33,679 nucleotides of DNA from Coniocarpon cinnabarinum (lineage: Eukaryota): the NCBI GenBank assembly GCA_051942205.1, contig JAVECO010000012.1, forward strand, positions 186,001-219,679, read 5' to 3'. Made by a program: the position numbers and the translations under genes. The notes beneath the pieces are model-generated. The model did not search any database, was not told where the DNA came from, and saw nothing but the letters and a program-made list of their open reading frames with translations. Positions 10,944-20,489 of this stretch are shown in pieces. Position 1 is the first letter of the stretch, and each line of letters begins with the position of its first letter.

Positions 10944-11825
10944 TCAAAACTCAAAGCACCACGAAGGCAAGAAATCCAACCCCGCCGCAAACTCCATCAT
11001 CTCCTCCTCCGCAGCCCCCTCATCAATCAACCGCTCCGCCGCCTCCATCGCAGCCGCGTGCTGCTCCATCCTAGCCGCCCGTTGCCGGCGACTCAACGCC
11101 CGACGAACGCGCCACGCCGACTGCCGCGCCATTCTGCGTCCCTTGCGCGCTGCGGCCCTCGCCGCCTTCTCCGCCTGGAGGCGCGCCCGGCCCTCCGCCT
11201 CGCGTTTTTCTCCCTCGAGGCGCTGCTGCTCCTCGCGCTCCGCTAGCAGACGGTCCTCCACGGGGCGGGCGATGGAGCGCTTGATGCGGGAGAGCTCCGT
11301 GTTCACTTGGGTGTGGAATTCGAGCGCGTTGATGCGGTGGCGGCAGATGAGGCAGTGTTTGATGGCCATGCGGTCGTGGTACTGGTGGACGGCGCTGTTG
11401 TTGTACCACTCGTGGGTCTGATTCTCGATAGTAGCCCTATGCTTTGGAAGTGTTAGCGGGACTGACGCTGCGGATGTGGGCAAGGATGCGGATGCGGATG
11501 AGGATGTGGGAGGGTGGTGGTGACGAGGGAGAAGAAACTTACGTCGAGGTAGGCACGCTCAGCGTCGCCCAATTCATGCTCGTCCCAACCGAGCTGCCTT
11601 TTGTGTTGTCAGTATGAGAACGACAGCGTGGAGCCAAGAGAAAACATACTGCAGGACCACCATGGCGGTCATGTCCCAAAACTCCTGCGACACCTTGGCC
11701 AGGTTGACGACCTGTTTGGAGTAGGGGTGGGATCCCACAGCATCGGCGAGGAGCCTGTGGGCGTCTTCAAGACGGATCTGGATGATGTTTTGGAGAACCG
11801 CGTAGGGAAGCTGGGGAACGACCAT
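10944..11825 (-). CDS. Hypothetical 242-aa protein with F-box-like N-terminus and charged coiled-coil C-terminus
   Basis: Exons 11650-11825, 11543-11597 and 10944-11441 join in frame. Introns are GTATGT..CTGAC..AAG (11598-11649) and GTAAGT..CTAAC..AAG (11442-11542). The N-terminus LPYAVLQNII...NLAKVSQEFWD resembles an F-box. Confidence 0.65.
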
Positions 11826-12431
11826 CTTGACGATTGGTGAGGAGCAAGAATTGCAGTGGAGTTGATTGGAGCTGGAAATCGACGACCTGCGTCGATGTGT
11901 TGATATATGGGAAACAGGCCTGCCTGTGTATGATGATGTCTTGTGATGATGCTGTGAACGGCCTGCGTTGCTGATGATGATTCTAAGTGGACAATGTGAA
12001 AGATGATGATGATCAGAGAACGGTAATGGGAACGGTGATGAGAACGATGATGAAGCGAGCTGAGAAATGCAAGAGGGACTGAAGAGAAAGAAGAGAAAGG
12101 AAAAGAGGAGGGAGGACCGACTATATAGAAATGCGGAACGTCAAGGAAGCGCGCAGAATCATGGAAATGCCAATGGCTGGGAGTTGGCACAATAGCGACA
12201 ATAGCGGGGGTCCGTCCATTGACGGAAACCTGACGCTAGTGTCTATCGGGTTTCATGTGGGTGAAGGTGGCGTGGTTGGCAGCAGGTGGGAGGCGGTGGT
12301 GGGAGGTGGTGATGGAAGGTGGTGTGGTGGTCATTGGGTTTGCCTTGACGAGAGGGATTTCATCTGGTCTTTTTTCGGTAGTACTTGCTTCTGAAACAAA
12401 CTCAGTGGTGGCTGGATGGAGGCCCGTGAGG

Positions 12432-12862
12432 GCATACTGCTATATCTTGCCTTGATTCTTCCTATAATGGCCGTACCGTATGAGCTTCGTCCATACAAGG
12501 GTCCACAGGTGGCGTGCCGCGCAGAAATTCGAATGGAGGGAATCCTACACCAGACTCGTTTGGTCTCTTCGAAACAGTTCTGCGCATACGCACTGTTAAT
12601 CTTACCTTGACTAATTCGAACATGGCTAGGTTGTCTAAGCATGGTGAATACCAAGACCCTTGGACGGCAACATGTCAAGAGAACAGAATGAAGGACATTT
12701 TGGACGTCGGGAAAGAATTTCGCACATACGCGCTGTTACATCTTGCCTCGATCCTTCACATCATGGCCGGATCACATGAACGTGGTGGTCAAGGAAATCG
12801 AATGGCGGAAACTCTTACACCAAACTCATTTGGGACTTTTTGAAACAATCCTGCACATACGT
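12432..12862. repeat. Degenerate tandem repeat, ~130-150 nt period, about 3 units
   Basis: The motif gcatac..ctg(t/c)ta..tctt(g/a)cct(t/c)ga..atggc recurs near 12432, 12584 and 12722. The block cgaatgg..tacacca.actc.tttgg..gaaaca.t.ctgc(g/a)catacg occurs near 12530-12590 and 12799-12861. Confidence 0.7.
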
Positions 12863-12904
12863 ACAATACGAACACGACTGCCTCTTGCGAATAACGAAAC
12901 AGCT

Positions 12905-14019
12905 TCAAGCGCCACTGAGTCGCGCCCGCTTCTTACCTCGTCCAGTGCCGCTGGGCGTGCCCCCCACAGCCACACCGACGGCACCTTCATCGCTGATGCC
13001 AAGATTACCGCCGCGTTGTTTTTCCTTTTGATCCAAGACTCGCTGCAGAACGTCGAAACCGAACTGCGGAAACTCAAGACACATGGCGCGGAACTCTTCT
13101 TCTGCATCATGGCGCAACACATGCGAGCGCGTGGCCCAGAATGCGGCGACGGGATTGCGGATGACTTTATCTTCTGGTGAAGTTGAAGAGTAGACGTAGC
13201 GCGCGTATGCGATCTCGCCACGTGCGGTAGAGGTCGTGCGATTGATCTTGATGTGCGCGAGCGATTTGAGTTGCTGCCGACCTCGTTAGTCACATGCTTT
13301 GACTGCAAACAAGCTCGACGTACCGGCATCTGAAACTTCTCAGCCAATGTATACACGCGCGCGTGCTTCAGCAACTGGCTGCCATCCTGATCCACAGCCG
13401 GAGTGCTAGGGTCTGATTCGAGGCCATCGGCGCGTCCATCACCCGTTCTACGAGGGAAGTATTCGCCATTATATATATACTCGAGCACGGAGCCAACTGC
13501 TTCGATGTCATCATCTGGAAGAGGTATAGTACGTCTCTGTGACGGTAATATATGTCAGGGACCACATCTTCGCATTAATACTGCAAGGGCATTGTTTCAT
13601 ACAGATGAGGTAAGCTCCGCACATGCCTGTTCGAAGAACGGCGACTTTGTGAGGAGGTCTTGGTGAGCCGAAAGGATGACTGGCTCGGGACTGGATCCAA
13701 CAGCTAATTGTACAATGGGCGATCTCAGATAACTATGCGACGACAGTCAGCACCGGCATGCAGACGAATTACACTGGCTATGCTGTCGCGCAACTTGCGC
13801 CGCCGAAGAGCATCGCCAAAGCGTCTCGAAGTATGGCGTAGTAAGGAAGCTGCTAACATACTCAAGGAACGATATGCGCTTGGCCGGCTCGTCCATCACA
13901 TCTCCAGGCAACGGATCCTCAGTGTCTTCCGGCATTCCACCGGTCATTTCCACATCTTCACCATCGTTTGCAATCGCAGACGCAACGGGATCATCTTGAG
14001 TCGTGTCCGGGTCCGCCAT
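12905..14019 (-). CDS. Fungal BTB/POZ-domain protein
   Basis: Exons 13862-14019, 13603-13732, 13324-13536 and 12905-13273 give ISFLDYLRSPIVQLAVG...SAHQDLLTKSPFF...LPDDDIEAVGSVLEYIYNGEY...LLKHARVYTLAEKFQMPQLKSLA...CLEFPQFGFDVL and a basic C-terminal patch GKKRAR. Introns at 13733-13861, 13537-13602 and 13274-13323. Confidence 0.88.
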
Positions 14020-14499
14020 GGTGTTTTACTCGTACAGGATGGACTGGCAAAGCAAGAGACAAATACAAGAAGCGAGTGACGAGTCAACAGCAAGGAAAAA
14101 GAGTGGCTAAAGAACAAGTGAACGGAGACTCGAGTAACTAGCGAATAATGGGATGGCTGGTGGTGGTGAGGGACCTCCGAGTCTCGAGTCTGGAGGGAGC
14201 TTGGCCCTCCTGTTTTCCCCTTCTCGCCCACGCCCCAGTGTACACCCTTTCAAGCCCCTTTGCAGTCCCTCATCCTTGCCTCATTCCTCGGTGAGGCCCA
14301 GTTGACGCAGGTAGTGACGGTGAAGCTTGGTCGTCTCTGACCGATGTGTGTGTGTGAGGACGGCTTGACCTTCTCTGCTCGTGGATGGCTAGTATTAATG
14401 GACATGGCTGTGCAGCCTTAGTAAAGGAAAACGCTAATGATACAAACACCAACGATCTTCTCAAAACGACCTCACGTGATGACATTGGATGTCACTCAT

Positions 14500-17067
14500 T
14501 CATTGCCACTCGGCCGCGGGCAAACGTTTACGTGTCTGGAAGTCCAACTTCAGCTCCAGAATCCCTTCATCGGTACCAACAAATAATGTACGCGCTCCGC
14601 TTGCAAGCATGCGTGCTTCACGAACTGCGTCAGTATTCCCCATGTTCGGTAGCGGCGGGATCATGACTCCAGCTGTACCAACTCCCCAATCCTCTCGTTC
14701 CGTCTCATTCGCGGGAATGGCGTGGACTCGACGATGGATTGCTGCATCCTGTGGGTTGAGAACCCGCAGCGGTGCCGTGACATTCACGCGACGTAACAAC
14801 CCGGTCTCATACTGTCGTGATGCCAGTGCATCGCGCCTCCAAGTGCGTTCTCGCTCGCGTTGCCGCTCCTGAGATCGTTCCCGTTCAGAGTCGTCTCGAA
14901 GCTGATCGCGTGCACGCAAGAGTTGTCGTTGGCGCTCGAGCAGCACTTGGTGCGGGTCTGGGTCACGTAAAGAAGGTGGTGCCAAATTAGACGAAGGGCC
15001 TGGTGGCCCTGCAGGATGATTTTGAGGTTGCGGCAATGCAGCAGAGAGCTCGGACATGCTGTTGCGTAAGGACGGATCACGCAGGGACGGGAGCGTGACA
15101 CCCGTCGCGGTGCTTGTGCCGCGAGACGAGCTGTTCGAGGGTAGGTTAACGTTGACAGCGTCGGACGACACATTCTGACTGTTGTCGTCGCTCCCAAGCG
15201 ACTGCATGAGGGGCGGTAAACTCAGATATGGATCTTGAGATGGATTATTGCTCCTTGCACGGCCGCTCGGAGGCTCTCTTGTGAAACCAGGGTAGGTCTC
15301 AGGGCCTTCATCTCTCACTCGGGCAATAGCAGCCTCAATTGTTCTCCAAGGGTCTGATGAGCCTGAATCCTCTGCACGATCCTCGAACCTTGGTCCAGGT
15401 GTCGACAGCACTACCGAGTTGCGCCGGCGAGGTGGAATATTTGAGGTAGCTGATGCCGGAGCGTCTCTGTCTCTGTTGCGGACGGCACTGGTGTCGTGCA
15501 TGTAGTTTCGCAAAGTATCTAGAACAGCAGCATCTTGGCGCAGTCTCGCCAGCTCGCTGCCGGAGCCTGTGCCTGGAATTGGGGTGTGAGTGCCAGCAAG
15601 TCGTGGACCACCCTCTTGCCGGTTCACATTTCGAGCAGCCGGGAGATAGCTGAAACTGCGTGGCGAGGCCCGATTCGAGGTGCCTTGCAGATCGCGAAGA
15701 GTAGCTTGGTGTGCCTCGTTGCGTTCGCGAGAGGTCCTGAGATTGTCGAGAATCTGCCGCTCATCCTCGTCCAAGCCCGTGTCATGTCGTGATGAGAAGC
15801 GGTGTAAGGCAGGCGTCATTGAGGCAAATGAGTCGACATCAGTTCCGAGCTCTCGTTGACGCTGCCGAATGAATTCGAGCTCGAAATCGCAATCTGGTTG
15901 GTCAAGGATGCTGGACTGCAGTGGACTTGTATCTGTGAGGGACACCTTGTGAACGCCTTCTGCTCTCGGGTCGAGTTTAACAGCTTGTCGAGCAACAAGT
16001 CCTGATCGCAAATCGCCAACGCAGATTCGTCCATTGTTTTCTGCCCACACTAAGTAGTCCCATGGGTCTGGCGCAAAGCACATTGTTCTCACCGCTCCGG
16101 CTGGGCTCTCTGGTCTCGAAGACGGGACGAACGTGACCACGCAATCCATCACATCGTCCGCGTCGTTGATTGCGGTTACGTCCAACACAGTGATGTAACC
16201 GCTTTCGGAGGCAGTCGCACAAAGATTTCCCTTCTCATTCCAGGCAGTGGTGAACGAGGCGAGACTGTCATATCGAGGGGGCGTAGGCAGTTGAAGAATT
16301 CTTTCCTGCTCCCAGATATACCACTGTAAATCTTGGTCTTTCGACAACTTCAAGCGCTCAATGTTCTCCTTCACTTCGTGTCGTCGGTAGAAATAGATGA
16401 AATCATGGTCGCCGACGATGACAAGACGTTGCTGATCCGGCGAGATTGTCGCATGATTCATAGGCTGGGAGAACTCGTCAATTGTCATCTCTCGGTCCCG
16501 TAGGAGCGACCAGCTTCGAACGACTCTGTCATTGCATGTAATCAGAGCGACAATGTCATCATCAAGCTCGTCGCATGGGGCATTGATACGGTGGATGGAG
16601 ATTGAATTCATTATATCACGACCTACTCGTTCGATGCGTGTCCGCGACGGAAAGACTTGGCTAAGGAAGTTTGGATCATCAAGGAGTGAGGAATAACCTA
16701 ATCGGTGACTGGCTGCAGCAAGGTCAGCCAAAGGACTATCCGAGGCGTGAGTCAAGGCAGTAGCCCCTTCAGGGATGCGCATGTATGCTAAGTAGCCCTT
16801 CTCGTCGCCAGCACAGAAGAAGCCGTGGCCTGTTGCGGTGCATTTGGGCTCGAAGGGGAGTTCGGTCACGTGTCTCCTCTTCTTTGTCACTGTGTCGATC
16901 TTGTAGACATCTTTGACGTTTGAGAAGTATATGCAATGTGCGTTCGGCGCGCTTGCCATGTGTCGCAGCTGATTGTGCAAATTTGGGATCTTCGAAGAGT
17001 ACCATATCCGGTCGGCGTGGACGAAGTTGTCGACATTGTGAGGCGAGACATCGGTGCCTATAGCCAT
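14500..17067 (-). CDS. DUF2415-family WD40-like propeller protein (probably related to yeast Gid11/Ylr149c)
   Basis: Single long ORF with first ATG at 17067. Motifs HNQLRH, FEPKC, DIMNSISI, ITCNDRVV, PMNHATISPD, FTTAWN and GAVRTMCFAP...DYLVWAENNGRICVGDLR, then a long disordered insert and a terminal blade LFVGTDEGILE. Confidence 0.8.
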   Translation of the reverse strand: MAIGTDVSPHNVDNFVHADRIWYSSKIPNLHNQLRHMASAPNAHCIYFSNVKDVYKIDTVTKKRRHVTELPFEPKCTATGHGFFCAGDEKGYLAYMRIPEGATALTHASDSPLADLAAASHRLGYSSLLDDPNFLSQVFPSRTRIERVGRDIMNSISIHRINAPCDELDDDIVALITCNDRVVRSWSLLRDREMTIDEFSQPMNHATISPDQQRLVIVGDHDFIYFYRRHEVKENIERLKLSKDQDLQWYIWEQERILQLPTPPRYDSLASFTTAWNEKGNLCATASESGYITVLDVTAINDADDVMDCVVTFVPSSRPESPAGAVRTMCFAPDPWDYLVWAENNGRICVGDLRSGLVARQAVKLDPRAEGVHKVSLTDTSPLQSSILDQPDCDFELEFIRQRQRELGTDVDSFASMTPALHRFSSRHDTGLDEDERQILDNLRTSRERNEAHQATLRDLQGTSNRASPRSFSYLPAARNVNRQEGGPRLAGTHTPIPGTGSGSELARLRQDAAVLDTLRNYMHDTSAVRNRDRDAPASATSNIPPRRRNSVVLSTPGPRFEDRAEDSGSSDPWRTIEAAIARVRDEGPETYPGFTREPPSGRARSNNPSQDPYLSLPPLMQSLGSDDNSQNVSSDAVNVNLPSNSSSRGTSTATGVTLPSLRDPSLRNSMSELSAALPQPQNHPAGPPGPSSNLAPPSLRDPDPHQVLLERQRQLLRARDQLRDDSERERSQERQRERERTWRRDALASRQYETGLLRRVNVTAPLRVLNPQDAAIHRRVHAIPANETEREDWGVGTAGVMIPPLPNMGNTDAVREARMLASGARTLFVGTDEGILELKLDFQTRKRLPAAEWQ

Positions 17068-17888
17068 ACTTGGCGACAAGGGTCACAACTTGAGGGAGTG
17101 TGATCGCGTTGGGCGACGTTCTAGGGGAGGTACGGGAAGAACAGTTCGGAGGTTTAAATACGTGGAGGATGTCAGAGGAAGGTGCTTTGTCTAGACAGCC
17201 TAGGTTGATGTCGTTATAAACCCCGTGTCGGCGCGGAAGGTAACTGCGAGGCTTGCGATCGGTGCCGCATGCGGTCTGTCTGCGACTTGTTCATGAGTGT
17301 TAGAAAGCCATCTTGTCGCTTCTTCACTGCAATGAGAAAGTTTTAGCTCATGGACTAGGGGACCAGCATGACGTCGTGCGTTCGTTGACCTGGTAGCTCA
17401 CAGCTGTTCGAAACGAGCATGCGCTTCAAAGCAACTGAGGGTGGCTGTTGCTTCCAGGGATCGGAGAACTAGATCAGGGCCAATTTGAAGATTTGCTGGG
17501 GATTGCCGCCCAACAAAGACCAGTACGTGACTTAGAGATAGGTCTGCAGGTTGAAAAGTGGAGAGGTGATTGGGTTAAGGTACAAAGTAAGTAGGTGGAG
17601 CATCGCGAAGACGCACGGAGGATGACCTCACTCGGCTGTGGCTTGACAGCTGTGGCTAGTGCATCGCCAGACCCTGAGCACAGACCACTCAGCCCTACCG
17701 CTATCTGATGTCGTTAATGAGATTGGGATTTTTCTTTTCGGCGACCTTCCATTTGCCCCCAGTCTGTCCCATCTTCCCATCAACTTCTACAACCAACCCT
17801 CTTCCTTGCCATTTCCATTCGTCTTGCGTTCTACTTCTTCATCGAAAAATCGTGCTTTGATTCTTGTATTCACCGCAGCTCAAGCACG

Positions 17889-20044
17889 ATGGCGGCAAGG
17901 TTGCCACGCGCTCTTCCGAGAGCTTCGACCTTCGCCCATCCTTCACCCTTCAGACAAGTGTATCGGCCTTTCAGCTCTTCGATAGCACGGAGAGCAGATG
18001 GCGAGCAGAAAGTCAAAGGCCAAGTCATTGGCATCGATTTGGGCACAACCAACAGTGCTGTCGCGCTCATGGAGGTACGCGCACGCTCCTCATGCTGTCA
18101 TCAACGTCATCTAACCCCTTCTCCCAGGGCCAGCAACCACGCATATTAGAAAACGCTGAAGGTACAAGGACGACGCCATCAGTCGTCGGCTTCACAAAAG
18201 AGGGGGAGCGTCTGGTGGGTGTGGCCGCTAAGCGACAGGCTGTCGTAAACCCAGAAAACACATTGTTTGCGACCAAGCGGTTAATAGGACGAAAAGTATG
18301 TTCCCTATAGCGATTGGCCACCGTGGGCGGGACTAACTAACACTTTGCACAGTACAGCGATCCTGAAGTACAGCGAGACATCAAAGAAGTGCCATACAAG
18401 ATCACCCAACACACAAACGGGGATGCCTGGGTCGAGGCCCAGGGACAGAAGTACTCCCCGTCGCAAATAGGCGGTATGGTTCTGAACAAGATGAAAGAGA
18501 CCGCAAACGCTTTCCTTGGTCGTGACATCAAAAATGCTGTCGTGACTGTTCCCGCCTATTTCAACGATGCTCAGCGACAGGCCACCAAGGACGCGGGTCA
18601 AATTGCTGGTCTTGAAGTCTTGCGAGTAGTGAACGAGCCAACAGCAGCTGCTCTGGCGTACGGTCAGGACAAGCAAGACGACCGAGTGATTGCCGTCTAC
18701 GACTTGGGTGGTGGTACTTTTGATATCTCAGTCCTCGAGATCTCGAAGGGTGTGTTCGAAGTCAAATCTACCAACGGTGACACTCACTTGGGTGGAGAAG
18801 ACTTCGACATTACCCTTGTCCGCGACATTGTGGCCAAGTTCAAGAAGGACAACGGTATTGACCTGTCCAACGACCGCATGGCCGTCCAACGTATCCGTGA
18901 GGCCGCTGAAAAAGCCAAGATTGAACTATCGAGCTCGCTTACGACCGAAATTTCCCTGCCTTTTATCACTGCCGACGCTTCCGGTCCCAAGCACATCAAT
19001 CAGAAGATGACGCGCGCCCAACTAGAACAGCTCGTTGAACCACTCGTCAGCAAGTCTGTGGAACCAGTCCGGAAAGCGCTGAAGGACGCCAATCTGCAAG
19101 CCAAGGACATCCAAGAGGTCATTCTCGTCGGTGGCATGACACGTATGCCCAAAGTTAGCGAGACTGTGAAATCGATCTTCGGCCGCGACCCAGCCAAGTC
19201 CGTCAACCCTGACGAGGCTGTTGCCATCGGCGCTGCGATTCAAGGTGCCGTCCTCGCTGGCGACGTCACGGACGTCCTTCTCCTCGACGTGACCCCACTG
19301 TCATTGGGTATCGAAACCCTCGGCGGTGTCTTCACCCGTCTCATCAACCGCAACACCACCATCCCCACCAAGAAGTCCCAGATCTTCTCCACAGCCGCCG
19401 ACTTCCAAACCGCCGTCGAAATCAAAGTCTTCCAAGGCGAGCGTGAACTCGTGCGTGACAACAAGCTCCTCGGTAACTTCCAGCTGACGGGCATCCCGCC
19501 TGCCCACCGCGGCGTCCCCCAAGTCGAAGTCACCTTCGACATCGACGCCGACAGCATCATGCACGTCTCCGCCAAGGACAAAGCCACCAACAAAGATCAA
19601 TCCATCACCATCACCTCCGGCTCTGGACTGTCAGAGAAGGAAATCCAAAACATGGTCGATGACGCCGAGAAATACGCCGAAACAGATAAAGAGCGCAAGG
19701 GCGCGATCGAGGCCGCCAATCGTGCAGACTCCGTCGCCAATGATACCGACAAGGCGCTGAAAGAGTTCGAAGAGAAGCTGGACAAGAGCGAGGCGGATGA
19801 GATCAAGAATAAGATTGCGAGCTTGCGGGAGGTCGTGGCGAAGAGTCAGACTGGCGAGGGCGATGTGAGTGCGGAGGACTTGAAGACGAAGACGGATGAG
19901 CTGCAATCTGCGAGCTTGACGCTGTTTGATAAGATGCATAAGGCGAGGAGTGAGGAGGGGCAGTCGCAGCAGCAGGGTCAGCAGGGTGAGCAAGGTGGCG
20001 AGGGCGAGCAACAGCAGGGTGGTGAGGGTGAGAAGAAGCCGTGA
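17889..20044 (+). CDS. SSC1: Mitochondrial Hsp70 chaperone
   Basis: Arg/Ser-rich presequence followed by [53 protein letters not shown] and [13 protein letters not shown]. There is no EEVD or HDEL terminus. Introns at 18075-18127 and 18296-18352. Confidence 0.97.
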
Positions 20045-20489
20045 GCGATTTCTTGACTCGTCTCTCTTCCCTTCGACTTCACCTCGCTCACCTCGCCCGC
20101 CGCAACAAGCCAGTCGGGCCACCGTCGACTATGGCTACAATGATGGGCGTCTCGCCCGTTACTCGCCATTTCGATGTTGTATACATACCTTCCTCCTCTT
20201 CGACATGTACATTTAATCTGTCCGTCCGTCCATCTGCTCTCTGCGCTCGACTGTTTAGATCTGGTTTCCGGTGGGGAAAACGACGGTGTCAGGAGCACAG
20301 GTGCATGACCATTAGATCTAAGAAGTTATCAAGCGATGTCCTCAGGTAAAGTAATCTATCACCTTTCTCCGCTCAAACCTGTCAATCTCTGCGACTTTCC
20401 AAAATGCATTTGTGACTGTAATCTCATACGATCTCGTGATGCCTATGTACGTTTTGTGCCAAGGTTCAATGCCGAGCCAGCTGCGCTTG

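Noticed and set aside
11669..12190. 173-aa His/Ser-rich minus-strand ORF
   Set aside because: It derives from low-complexity CAT/CT-rich leader sequence and overlaps the F-box-like gene out of frame.
17068..17888. Heat-shock element upstream of SSC1
   Set aside because: No correctly spaced nGAAnnTTCnnGAAn array was found by eye.
18690..20122. Long antisense and alternate-frame ORFs within SSC1 (likewise within LEU1, PGI1 and VPS36)
   Set aside because: These are the expected shadow of strong GC3 codon bias.
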